A stretch of 64,000 nucleotides of DNA from Cyanidioschyzon merolae (taxonomy: Eukaryota). A model generated the notes under the pieces. It did no database searches, was not told the DNA's origin, and was given only the letters and a program-made list of their open reading frames with translations. The DNA lies in assembly GCA_000091205.1 (NCBI GenBank), contig AP006501.2; one strand, written 5' to 3'. Below, piece by piece: positions 54,211 through 63,942 of this stretch. The position numbers and the translations under genes are program-made. Numbering within the stretch: position 1 is the stretch's first letter; each line of letters starts with the position of its first letter.

Positions 54211-54218
54211 AAAGCTAA
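53982..54218 (+). pseudogene. TnpB/Fanzor C-terminal zinc ribbon + RuvC-III, interrupted by an in-frame TGA and a +1 shift
   Basis: Frame-0 translation reads EHLTWSKCHRCDGHIETVRIEEENCN[TGA]RVDRDDFLCTKCVDNSWKLRIPDLNADINILRLVRMELERLA. The blocks are 'TWSKCHRCDGH', 'CTKC' and 'DLNADINILRL'. This corresponds to the OrfB_Zn_ribbon consensus 'TSQtCSkCGh…CpnCG…DRDlNAAiNILR'. The preceding frame-2 ORF 53726..54028 ends '…FSHQMALAERTNERGELVGTLDLVQVSP', which matches 'F..qLeYKAewyGkkVv.Vdp'. Confidence 0.6.
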
Positions 54219-54320
54219 AGTACGAGATTACAGAAAAAGCCTACCAATTCTGGTATCGTCGGCAATTGAGCAAGAAAGCGCTCCCAGGAGCCGAAACATC
54301 CCTGTTCGGCGCTGTGGACC

Positions 54321-54340
54321 TTCACACACACACACACAGA
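54321..54340. repeat. (CA)8 microsatellite
   Basis: The sequence reads cacacacacacacacaga. Confidence 0.85.
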
Positions 54341-54383
54341 TATACAGCGGCTTTCTGCATTTTTCTCAGCCCAAAATGAGGTT

Positions 54384-55805
54384 TTAGACGAGATAACCTA
54401 CCTCGGGATACGTTTTGGCAAAGTACTGCGTCCACTGCTCCAGGCTGTGACGCTGCTCAGATGTGAGCATCTTGATATCGAGCGGTGGCTTCGTCGGATC
54501 CACCATCTCTGCGGAGAGGTCCGCAAACACCAGTGCTCGGCTGGCGTCGCGCCCTGCTAGGATGTGGTACGGCTCGCCTGCTCGATAGTGGTGCGCGGCC
54601 TGGGTCACATCGAACACCCGTCGATTCACAGCGACATAAATAGGACGCTCCGACTGAGATCCGTCAAACATTGCCAGTTCCTCTGTGGTGAACGGCCGAA
54701 CGGATGGCACCCTCTCCAGTGGTGAAGCTGTGCGCTCCCAAGCGCCGGCATCGCGCTTCGCAATCGTACCGTCGGCGCGGGGTGAACCCTTCTGGGCCAG
54801 CAATTTGCGAAAATATGTCCAACTGGTCTCGTTCGGTGTCATGTAATTCGACGGTGCGTGCATGTACTCTGGATGGTGTTCCTCGACGTATGCACGGACG
54901 TCCTCGGGTAGATCCTGGTACCCGTTCTCGAGCTTCTTCGTGAAGCAATGATACACGAGACGGCCAGGGCGTTCACCCATCTCCATCCAGGGTAGCCACT
55001 GACCCATGCGAACCCAACTGCCCTGGCATGGAACGGATACGAGATTCGAATCATGAAGATCATCCACGCGTGCGTAAAGTTGGAAGAGCTCCGCGCTCTC
55101 ATAAAAGGGGCTCGCTGACTCAGCGGGGAACTCGGATGGCGGCAACGGATTCGGGTAACGGAGGAAAATTTCAATATGCCAGCAGAGGTCTGCCCCGACG
55201 CGTGTGAACGGAACCAAGAATGGTTTGCCATCACGCGGATTCTTCTCCAGAAACTGCAGGTTGACCGGGTCGTTCCAAACGTGAACGACTTGATTCTCCA
55301 TTCCCGTGAACGGGTTGTTCCAAGTTCCGTGTAGAATTCGACGATTGTCCGGATCCCTATACAGTCCTACTTCGCGGGTGAGAATGCGCCAGCCGCCTTC
55401 TACTTTCACGCAGCGCGCGATATTGTAACCCTCGAAGCCGAGGATGTGTCGCGCACCCGCGTCAGCGATGTAGGCGTGAATCTCGCCGCCAAACCAAAAC
55501 ACGACTTCTTGATCCGGAACTAGGGACGCTCGAGTTTTGATAAAGGCTCGTAAGTTTTCCTCTGAGCTGTTGCCGATCTTCTCAACATCTATTTGCGGGC
55601 GTAGTGCGAGCAAGTCGCGAGCGCTCGTCACCAGAGCTCGTTGCTGCCCCTCGGGACCGTTCACCTGTTGTGCAAGCACCACTCGATGGCGTCTTGACCC
55701 CGCTTTTCTGTACACGGCGTCGTCTGCGTGCCGCAACGAACGACTTGGTCCATAATTCGTCCGCCTGAACGAACACGGTATTGTTATGTACATAGTCTGA
55801 ACCAT
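54384..55805 (-). CDS. fusion protein: uncharacterised ~340-aa N-terminal domain + C-terminal MAPR/cytochrome-b5-like heme/steroid-binding domain
   Basis: The C-terminus (FTTEELAMFDGSQSERPIYVAVNRRVFDVTQAAHHYRAGEPYHILAGRDASRALV) aligns with PGRMC/MAPR cytochrome-b5-like domains. I do not recognise the N-terminal domain. Confidence 0.7.
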   Translation of the reverse strand: MVQTMYITIPCSFRRTNYGPSRSLRHADDAVYRKAGSRRHRVVLAQQVNGPEGQQRALVTSARDLLALRPQIDVEKIGNSSEENLRAFIKTRASLVPDQEVVFWFGGEIHAYIADAGARHILGFEGYNIARCVKVEGGWRILTREVGLYRDPDNRRILHGTWNNPFTGMENQVVHVWNDPVNLQFLEKNPRDGKPFLVPFTRVGADLCWHIEIFLRYPNPLPPSEFPAESASPFYESAELFQLYARVDDLHDSNLVSVPCQGSWVRMGQWLPWMEMGERPGRLVYHCFTKKLENGYQDLPEDVRAYVEEHHPEYMHAPSNYMTPNETSWTYFRKLLAQKGSPRADGTIAKRDAGAWERTASPLERVPSVRPFTTEELAMFDGSQSERPIYVAVNRRVFDVTQAAHHYRAGEPYHILAGRDASRALVFADLSAEMVDPTKPPLDIKMLTSEQRHSLEQWTQYFAKTYPEVGYLV

Positions 55806-56059
55806 AATTTCCTAAAACATGCCACAACGCGAGTCACCTTCCCTGAGGGTTCTCTCGACCATCCGTTGTACCGTTTTGCCTGGCGATGATGATGCTGATG
55901 GCGCTGGCTGCGGCGCCTATCGAGCGGTTGATGAAAACGATGCGCAGCGCGAGGCAGGCCGCGTACCGCCGCCTCCATCACCGTTCACGGGGGGAATGGA
56001 TGTGAAAAACGCCGCCCTCGGGCGCGCGAGGCGTGCGCCATGGAACGCACCGGCATCGC

Positions 56060-56570
56060 GACTGGCGGGTTTACACGTTCACCTGAATTGTGTTCCACAT
56101 CCAGATGCGTGCCATCCACTGCGTGTTCGCAGTGTACAGCAGATGCGTTCGAAGTGCGTTCATTTGAACAGATAAAAATCCAAGGGAAAGATATGGACGT
56201 GCAAGTCGAGGATCCTGAAGGGATTTCAAAGCTACCTGCTTGATAAAACCCTCATCTTGCTGATTATCAAAAGGCGAAGAAGTAGAAAAAGGAGGTAGGT
56301 GAGATAACGTGCGTGCTCGACGGGATGATGTCGAGACTGTAGTGGAACATGGGGCACCAGTCTGAAGACTCCTAGCGTTGACGAGTTCATCTAGCATCAA
56401 TATATGCAAGGAGTTCGTGAACTGCGACCCCATCACCACCATCAATATCAGATGACGTGTGGCGCTGAAGACGTGAGACCCCAGGAGCTGACGCGATCCA
56501 GTTTTATGGGGCAGCCTCTGATGCTCGGAATGTGCCTGGATAATAACTGAAGCCAATAGCAGCGGGTGCG
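56060..56570 (+). mobile_element. Copy D, a short degraded derivative in plus orientation
   Basis: ORF 56040..56243 reads '…CTADAFEVRSFEQIKIQGKDMDVQVEDPEG'. A degraded '…EFVNCDPITTINIR*' lies at ~56420–56470 in a broken frame. 56075–56250 is the reverse complement of the 6250–6440 / 34470–34640 block. Confidence 0.6.
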
Positions 56571-57813
56571 CCGGTCAGAAAGGTTCGGGGGCGGGCAGGC
56601 GGCGCCTGCACGTCGGTATTCGTTTACCCCATATGATCGCGAAAAGGTTTCGCTCCACTGAGCGTATCTTGAATCTGTGATTCCACAAAATGCAACCACG
56701 ATTCCATTTCAAGTATTCGCAAAAGCTCATCGCCAATATGCAGCGACACCACCACTGGAGGACGGTGGCGTTTAAGCGCTTGGAGCAGTGTTGCAGATGC
56801 ATCTTATGCACGCGCTATTGGTACGTTCGTGTGCGTCACCCGAGCCAGGAAACAAAATGCTTTGGTAAAGCGTTCTTGATTCCGTGCAGCGTCCACACAG
56901 GCGTTATACGTGGTATGACACACCCTCACGTCAGGCTCGGTACCCGGCGGAGCACGCGAACGAACCGCTGTCTCTGAAGAGAAGTTTGTGGCAATTAGAG
57001 AAACCTGTCGATGGAGTGCGGCGTGATGGGTGCTCCCGCGACGGCGAATGCCACCTGCTCTGCCGGAGTTTTTCCAAGATGAAAGATCTTCCGATAGAGA
57101 AAATTCCTTCCACGTTGGATATCGCAAATTGCGGGCAATCGAGCAATTGCCCGCACGGAGATAGCGAGGCTGTCCCGTCTCGTAGCTAGGTGCGCGGTAT
57201 GCTCGGCACGCAGGGCACGGGGTTTACCACACCGAACCTGTACTTGCAACGAGAAGACCGGTCTGGGGCTTGTGGAACGTAGAAGCAACTGGAAGAGGAC
57301 CGCGGTCTCTTTCCTGGTAAACGGCGACATTCGTGCATCCGGATGTTCTGGTTTGAATCGTCGATCCCTTATCATCCAAAATACCGCCACTCGTTGTGCT
57401 CGTTGCAGTGCACGCGAACGTGCACACCATGGCTCGTGCTTCGCTACCAACCGCTGCGATGACTCGAGCGACGCATCGTGTGCTTCGACCCGAACGCCGA
57501 ACGCGATGCAGCCTCGCAATCACCAATAGTTGATGCACACATTGTTCTCGGCATGCGGCTCCGAGTACAGGATGGCGTCGTTTGCGCAGGAATGGTAGTC
57601 AAAATCCAAATGGAAACCTGTTTGCGGCACGAGTGCCAGCGAAACGCGAACGCGTACCGCGAGGATTATACAAGAGCATCACCCTTCGAGCGCGTCTCTT
57701 CTCCCCAGTGGTATCGGTGCTCTTACTAGGTAGCCTGCGTCACGCGTCATGCAAATCGCATATCTTCTCGAGATCACAGAAGCCGCCCTAATCGACTTTG
57801 GCGCTGGGCATTA

Positions 57814-59526
57814 TCAAGAAGTGGCTTGGTACACCAGTCCGGCGGATCGCTTGAAGGTGACCATGTGAAGCTCACGGTTTCGATCAAGCACGTACAGTGT
57901 AGTGTCCACAAAAAATATCGCACATACCGGAGCTTGAATCCTATCGTACAGACGTTGCAATTCAGAGCGACTGCCCCGTTGATTGTGTGCTGCAGCGTCG
58001 TGCGATAAATAGCGGGTAACTCGTCCAGACCAGCGATCAACGGCCAGGATGAGCAAACCTCCATCACGCGGCAAGAGCATGCCTATGCCAACCACAAGAA
58101 TGCCCAATGCAGGGCTAAATGCGTGGTAGCGTATTCCAAAGAGCGAGACCTGACGCACTCGGACATCGCGCGCAAGGTCCAGTGCCGCGATGCGCTCCGG
58201 ATGTACTGCATTAGGGTGCCGGCGTATCCGCCACACGGACACAACGCTGCCGGTGCCAATAAGCCAGACGCTTGTTTCCTGATACGCCCGAATGTGCCCA
58301 TCGAATGGCTTTTCTGTTAGAAACCCCTGGTGAACATCATCGACGGCAGCGGCGATATGGGCCTGCTCAAACGCATCCAAACAGGTGTCGATGGCGACGA
58401 GCTCGCTGGGTGCCGCCTCCGACGCCGACGCCGGCACCGACGCTGCAACCCTTGTATTCGCAGCCGCCTCGGGAGAGAGGAGCACGATTGCACCGGCATG
58501 CCAAAAGTACCACGGTATGGGTTCAATGAACCAGCCACCATCCCGCTGCATCCCGCCGGTGCCCAGCGAAACTCGAAATCGAACGCTTCCACGGGACTCG
58601 TGCGGTGGATCCCGCTCCACACCAGGCACAACACTAGTCCAGTGCGCCGTGCAGTCCAGAGACACCGAAGCGACCATACGAACATGCGCATCATCCACTG
58701 CAAAGCATTTCGCTCCGAATGAAACACAGGGAATGTTGTGTGCATGCTGTGCAAGCACCCTGCAGCGAATACGAATCTGTGAGGCGACGTACGGCAGGCA
58801 CGATGCGTCGTTTGGCGCCATCGTTGCCGGCATCACCCGCTCAGCCTCATACGCACATGTCTGCGTTCCTTCGGCACCTGCGAGACTAAACTCTAGCAAA
58901 TTCACCGTGTGTGCATTGCTGCCGTACACCAAGAGCGGAGCTTCAGCGCAAACTGAGGCCGACCAAGTCGAAGCCGCCGTCCGAATCTTCACTGGAAAAC
59001 AATCCCCGGATGATTGCTCGCTGGCATAAGGCCGAAAGATCACGATAGAGCCAGCGTCTTCCAAAAAATCTCCACAGCAGGCCACGACGACGAAACCGAG
59101 GCACGGCATCACGCCACAGGTCAAGTAATTGATGGCCTCGACGAGGCCAGCAACCGGACCCTGCTCGGTCTCTTCCGTGCTCCTGCCTGGACCCGACGCT
59201 GATACGGGAAAATAATCCACCGGACAGCGCAGGATGCGCCGCTCTCGCATGAAATCTCCATCGCGCTCAAACTCTAGGATACACGGAGCGATTTCACCGT
59301 TGAGAAAACGGTGACCCGCATCCACCCCATAAAATCGTCTTCCATCCGGACTGGGGCCGGTAAAGCAGCTCAGTCGAAAAGCATCCGGAAGACTATGAAT
59401 CGCGTCCAGTCTTTGGGTATGCAGTCGCACCTGGATGCCACGCGACGCCATGATTGCTCCATGCCACCTACGAACAGCGATAGGTTGGTGTCCGTCCGAG
59501 GCGCCGTAGACAGACGCTCGACGCAT
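57814..59526 (-). CDS. hypothetical protein (570 aa), no recognised domain
   Basis: A long uninterrupted ORF that may be beta-rich. It is placed divergently from DDX1, with an intergenic gap of about 0.8 kb. Confidence 0.4.
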   Translation of the reverse strand: MRRASVYGASDGHQPIAVRRWHGAIMASRGIQVRLHTQRLDAIHSLPDAFRLSCFTGPSPDGRRFYGVDAGHRFLNGEIAPCILEFERDGDFMRERRILRCPVDYFPVSASGPGRSTEETEQGPVAGLVEAINYLTCGVMPCLGFVVVACCGDFLEDAGSIVIFRPYASEQSSGDCFPVKIRTAASTWSASVCAEAPLLVYGSNAHTVNLLEFSLAGAEGTQTCAYEAERVMPATMAPNDASCLPYVASQIRIRCRVLAQHAHNIPCVSFGAKCFAVDDAHVRMVASVSLDCTAHWTSVVPGVERDPPHESRGSVRFRVSLGTGGMQRDGGWFIEPIPWYFWHAGAIVLLSPEAAANTRVAASVPASASEAAPSELVAIDTCLDAFEQAHIAAAVDDVHQGFLTEKPFDGHIRAYQETSVWLIGTGSVVSVWRIRRHPNAVHPERIAALDLARDVRVRQVSLFGIRYHAFSPALGILVVGIGMLLPRDGGLLILAVDRWSGRVTRYLSHDAAAHNQRGSRSELQRLYDRIQAPVCAIFFVDTTLYVLDRNRELHMVTFKRSAGLVYQATS

Positions 59527-60354
59527 AGACCGTACAGAGCATCAAAAGCGGCGTCTGTCTTTCAAAGTACGAGCAGAACCGTACAGACTCGAGTCCGTTC
59601 GGCCTTACGGGCTGACGCAGGCCTATCGCACACCAGCGACGCACTCGGCAGCAGCTGCGCGGAGAGTCTGGTGCCGCCAGCGGTGCGTACAAGCTGGCTT
59701 TTGCACCAGTCCGGAACGCTGAAGCCTCTATGCAGGTATTCTATGGTTGATTTTCGAATTGCTCAGTAGTCTTCGTGCCGCTCTGGCTCGCAAATCGTCC
59801 AACCTTTGCATTTTGAAGCAGAAACGAAGCGAGCCGATGAACGCCGAGGCCGCGTTTCCGGAAAGCCGCTACCGCCGCCGCCGCACCTGTTTGCCGTCCC
59901 TGTTGAACGCGCCAGCAATGCTGTTCTGCGACGGAGAACCGTACTGAACGAACGATTGCGGTACCAGGCACACGTCCAGACTGAGACTCGTTTTCGTTGG
60001 TGCCGCTGTCGACACGAACGGTGTCGTGCGAGCCCCACGAAAGTCCTCAGGGCAGTGGCTGAGGCAGTGTGGCGGCGGCGGCGGCGGCCGTCCGCCCTCG
60101 GCGTTCATTTCCACGGAACACGTCTGGTGCCTGAGACTGCACCGTCGCGAGGCAGTTCACAGAGACGTTGTGGTCGTGAACATAAAGTTCTTCTCTGTGG
60201 AACGCTCTCGACGCGATAACTGGGGCCAGTTCGCGTGTCTGGTGCACCTGAACGCAATCCCTCCAGGAGTAACAGCGTCGCACGCTGCACCACCGTGGTG
60301 TGGCGTTGGGGTCCACGACGCCCGAGTACCCGCTGACGGAGGTAGTGACCCGAG

Positions 60355-62634
60355 ATGGCGGCTGCTTTTGCTGAACTCGGGCTCATGCCCGAGCTCATTC
60401 AAGCTATCGACGATATGGGTTGGGTTTTCCCGACACCTGTTCAATCGGAGGCGATTCCGCTGATCCTCGGCGGTGGTGATGTTTGCGTCGCCGCTCCGAC
60501 CGGCTCCGGAAAGACGGGCGCTTTCTGTTTGCCAACGCTCCAGATCGTTCACGAGACACTAAACTATACTTCAGCTGCCGATCAATCGCGATCGGGAGCC
60601 TCCTCGAACCCTGACAGATGGAAGATGAGCGCGCTTGATCGCGCACCGCACCTGATCCTGGACGCGAGCGGCTTGCTGTGCGCTTCCACAGAGCTCCACC
60701 AATGGAGTGGCGGTCGGGCGGCCTTTGGCATGCTACCATCGGCACGGGGCAAATGGTACTATGAAGTGCAGGTCCTTGGTGATGGACTTTGTCGGGTCGG
60801 TTGGAGCGCTGCTTGTTCGACGCTTGCGCTCGGCGAGGACGACTTGTCGTACGGATTCGGGGGCACTGCCAAGAAGTCTCATTGCGGAAAATTCGAGTCC
60901 TACGGGGGGGCATTCGGAAAGAACGATGTTGTCGGTGTGGCACTCGACTGGGAAAACGGTGAGATTTGGTTCTCAAAAAATGGTGAGCCGCTCGGTCGTG
61001 CGTTCAGCATTAACCGCAAAACTCTGGGCGATCGTGCACTATACCCGCATGTTTACTTGAAGAACAGTCAAGTGCGCGTCATCTTCAGCGACACGAGCTA
61101 TTTGCCTGGAGCTGGCTTCCGAGAAGTCGGCTCCGCAGGTCCACAAGAACGAACGACGCCTGAACGAGAAGGCGCTGTTGACTTGCAAGGCACGCACCGA
61201 CCCTCGAATGCACCGTTGATGCTGATCCTGGAGCCAACGCGAGAGCTGGCACTCCAAGTGCATCAGGAGCTGCACCGCTTTAGCCGCTTCCTCGACGAGG
61301 ACCAGACGTCGTCATCAGAGAAAGTACAGTGCGTCTTGTTCACAGGCGGCTCCGCGAGCCAAAACGAGGCACTCGGCGCTCCCCAGTCGCGAATCGATAT
61401 TGCAACCTGTACACCGGGGCGCCTGTTTGATGCGATACGTACCAAACAACTAGATGTACGGGCAGTGCGCTTTCTTGCCCTTGATGAGGTAGACGGGTTG
61501 TTGACAATGGGATGCGGTTCCCAGATTATGCAGTTGCTGGGCATGATTCCTCGTCAGGGTCGGCGGCATCGGCTCCAGATCATCATGTTTTCGGCGACCG
61601 TGAACGCACCACGGGTCCGTCAGCTCAGTGATCGAATCCAGGAGCACGCCACCTGGGTCGATGTACGCGGCCCAGAGACCGTTCCATCCACGGTGGATCA
61701 CCTGGTGGTGCGTATCGACCCGGGGACTGCCCTCCAGCTGGTACAGGAGGAGGAGGGGATAGCACCAGCACCAGCAGCATCGCTTCCAGCCACGGATGCG
61801 GTTCATGTTGGTGTGGACTATCGCGATGCGGAAACGGCCTCATTATCGCAGAGGATCAAACTTGCGAAACCTATTCTATGCCTGCGACTTTTAGAGGTCT
61901 TCCAGATGGACCAGGTGATGATCTTCTGTCGCACGCAACTCGACTGTGACTTGCTGCAGCAGTTCCTGGAGCAGCACGCAGCGATCCGAGGAGCGACTGC
62001 AACGCTGCATGCTGGACTCGCTGACCAGCAACGGCGGCAGCATTTCACTGCATTCAAAGAAGGCCAAGTGCGCATCCTGATCTGCACGGACGTTGCCGCC
62101 CGAGGTATTGATATCAGCGGTTTACCGTTCCTCATTAGTATGACGCTACCCGATGAGGTTGAAAACTACCTGCATCGCATTGGACGCGTCGGTCGCGCGG
62201 ATCGTCTAGGTCTCGCGATATCGCTCGTGAGTACTGTCCCTGAACGCGTCTGGTTTCACAGCTCGTGCCGCAAACGCGCCAAGGGCAAATGCCAGAACCG
62301 AGCCTTGACCACTGAGGGCGGCTGCACGATCTGGTACGATGAGTCGGAAATCCTCCGACGCCTCGAGGCCCAACTCGGGGAAGCGAACATGCCCGAAATC
62401 CTGGACGTGAACCAGGTATTGCAGGCGAAGGATCCGGCAGCGTTACAGGCGTATGTACGCGGCCTTGCCCAGTACGGTAGGAAGCGCGGAGAAATCGGAG
62501 CCGCCTGTGTCAACGCTGTAGATCCAGAGCTAGAACAACGGCTTCACCATACGCAACAAGTGGCCAGACGAGTGCAGGAACTAGAGAAAAACGTTCAGTG
62601 GCGTTTCCTCCGACGGCTGCAGAACGCTCGCTAG
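60355..62634 (+). CDS. DDX1: ATP-dependent RNA helicase DDX1 (DEAD-box with SPRY insertion)
   Basis: Motif I (AAPTGSGKTGAF) is followed by an inserted SPRY domain (LCRVGWS … GFGGTAKKSHCGKFESYGGAFG … IWFSKNG). Motifs II (DEVD), SAT and VI (HRIGRVGRA) follow. The match to DDX1 is near-colinear. Confidence 0.93.
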   Translation: MAAAFAELGLMPELIQAIDDMGWVFPTPVQSEAIPLILGGGDVCVAAPTGSGKTGAFCLPTLQIVHETLNYTSAADQSRSGASSNPDRWKMSALDRAPHLILDASGLLCASTELHQWSGGRAAFGMLPSARGKWYYEVQVLGDGLCRVGWSAACSTLALGEDDLSYGFGGTAKKSHCGKFESYGGAFGKNDVVGVALDWENGEIWFSKNGEPLGRAFSINRKTLGDRALYPHVYLKNSQVRVIFSDTSYLPGAGFREVGSAGPQERTTPEREGAVDLQGTHRPSNAPLMLILEPTRELALQVHQELHRFSRFLDEDQTSSSEKVQCVLFTGGSASQNEALGAPQSRIDIATCTPGRLFDAIRTKQLDVRAVRFLALDEVDGLLTMGCGSQIMQLLGMIPRQGRRHRLQIIMFSATVNAPRVRQLSDRIQEHATWVDVRGPETVPSTVDHLVVRIDPGTALQLVQEEEGIAPAPAASLPATDAVHVGVDYRDAETASLSQRIKLAKPILCLRLLEVFQMDQVMIFCRTQLDCDLLQQFLEQHAAIRGATATLHAGLADQQRRQHFTAFKEGQVRILICTDVAARGIDISGLPFLISMTLPDEVENYLHRIGRVGRADRLGLAISLVSTVPERVWFHSSCRKRAKGKCQNRALTTEGGCTIWYDESEILRRLEAQLGEANMPEILDVNQVLQAKDPAALQAYVRGLAQYGRKRGEIGAACVNAVDPELEQRLHHTQQVARRVQELEKNVQWRFLRRLQNAR

Positions 62635-63276
62635 GGAGTCAGCGGTGGCGCTGCGCAAACGGCAACAGCGACCGGCACCAAGCGCACCTGCATTAGACCA
62701 TACGAGTTGACGTCTCGTCCAAAACTCGTGATGCTCATGGTTCGCGTCGCTCACAAACGCTAGTCCGAGAAACTATGCTGAACGATGCCCCATGGGCTGT
62801 CCTCTTTCCGAATCCGTGAAAACGACGTCGTGTGTTGCGAACGCCCAGCGCGCCACTGTAGACGCGCACCAGACGACACTGAAGGCGGCACCACTCGACC
62901 AAGCCGCTGCAGCAGCATATCCGAGGATCGAGCACCAGCAAAGGCGCCCGACCTGTGTGAATGTGTACTAGGGACGGTGCATGTGGTAAAGCGCTCTGCT
63001 GTACAACTGGTGACAGCGAAAGCATGGAGCTTTTCACGCTCGGGTATGGAACGCGGCCTTTTGTCGCCTGCAGCGTGTCTGCACGCAGCGACACTCGTTT
63101 ACACGTGAAGAAGCACGCCCACCGATGAAAACCAACCATCCCGTGGTCTGCGAGAGCCCGAGAAATCAGTTCCCTCGCAACTCACCGCACTGGACTGCAC
63201 TGAACGTTTTGTACAATGCTGCAGTGCTGGCGCTTGAAGCCAGCTAGCACCAAAATCCACGTCCGTACCAAACCAT

Positions 63277-63942
63277 CTACCGTGATTGCCTCTGGACAAG
63301 GCGTAGTCCGGTGAATCTGGGCAGAAAGAGAAAGCCCCTGCGGTGACGGGCCTCGTTGTCTGCAGCTAGCTCCGTGACATTCGGTTGATGCAACCGATCC
63401 AACGCACCAGCGCTTGTCGCCGCGTCTCCCGCCAGAGCCGGTGCTATCCGCTGATCAGGCCTGGAGGTAGCAGGGTCTGCAGCAGGCTCCTGCACGCTCG
63501 ACCGCTCCGGTGCCTGGCGTGCGGTTTTCAGGCTCGACAGGTACGCATCGGTCGTGAAATGCGGGTTCGATGGTATCAGAAACGGATCTGAACGTGAGCT
63601 TTTCTGAAAGCGTTGCAGGAACGAGGTACGCCGCAGCCTCGATAACGCCAGTGCATTCCGCCGCACACTGCGTCGATATTTCAGTGCAGTTTCGCGAGCG
63701 CGGAGAATTTCGTCCAGTTTCTCGTCGCTGAACACTCTTGCTGCGAAGCGAGCGCCATCACCAGCCGGGCGTTGATACGGTGCTACCAGCATCTCGTATG
63801 CAAGCCCAAACCCGTAACGCGTAGCCTCGAAAATCACCTCAGGTCTGGTTTCCAGCTGGCTTATTTCGGGATCTCCACGCGGTGGAGCGATCGCCAGAAT
63901 CGAGGCCTGCTCCGGCAGCGCCGAGCACCAGCGTTCTTTCAA
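63277..63942 (-). CDS. hypothetical protein, possibly truncated by the window edge
   Basis: 221-aa ORF starting 58 bp from the window end. No family recognised. Confidence 0.25.
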   Translation of the reverse strand: MKERWCSALPEQASILAIAPPRGDPEISQLETRPEVIFEATRYGFGLAYEMLVAPYQRPAGDGARFAARVFSDEKLDEILRARETALKYRRSVRRNALALSRLRRTSFLQRFQKSSRSDPFLIPSNPHFTTDAYLSSLKTARQAPERSSVQEPAADPATSRPDQRIAPALAGDAATSAGALDRLHQPNVTELAADNEARHRRGFLFLPRFTGLRLVQRQSR

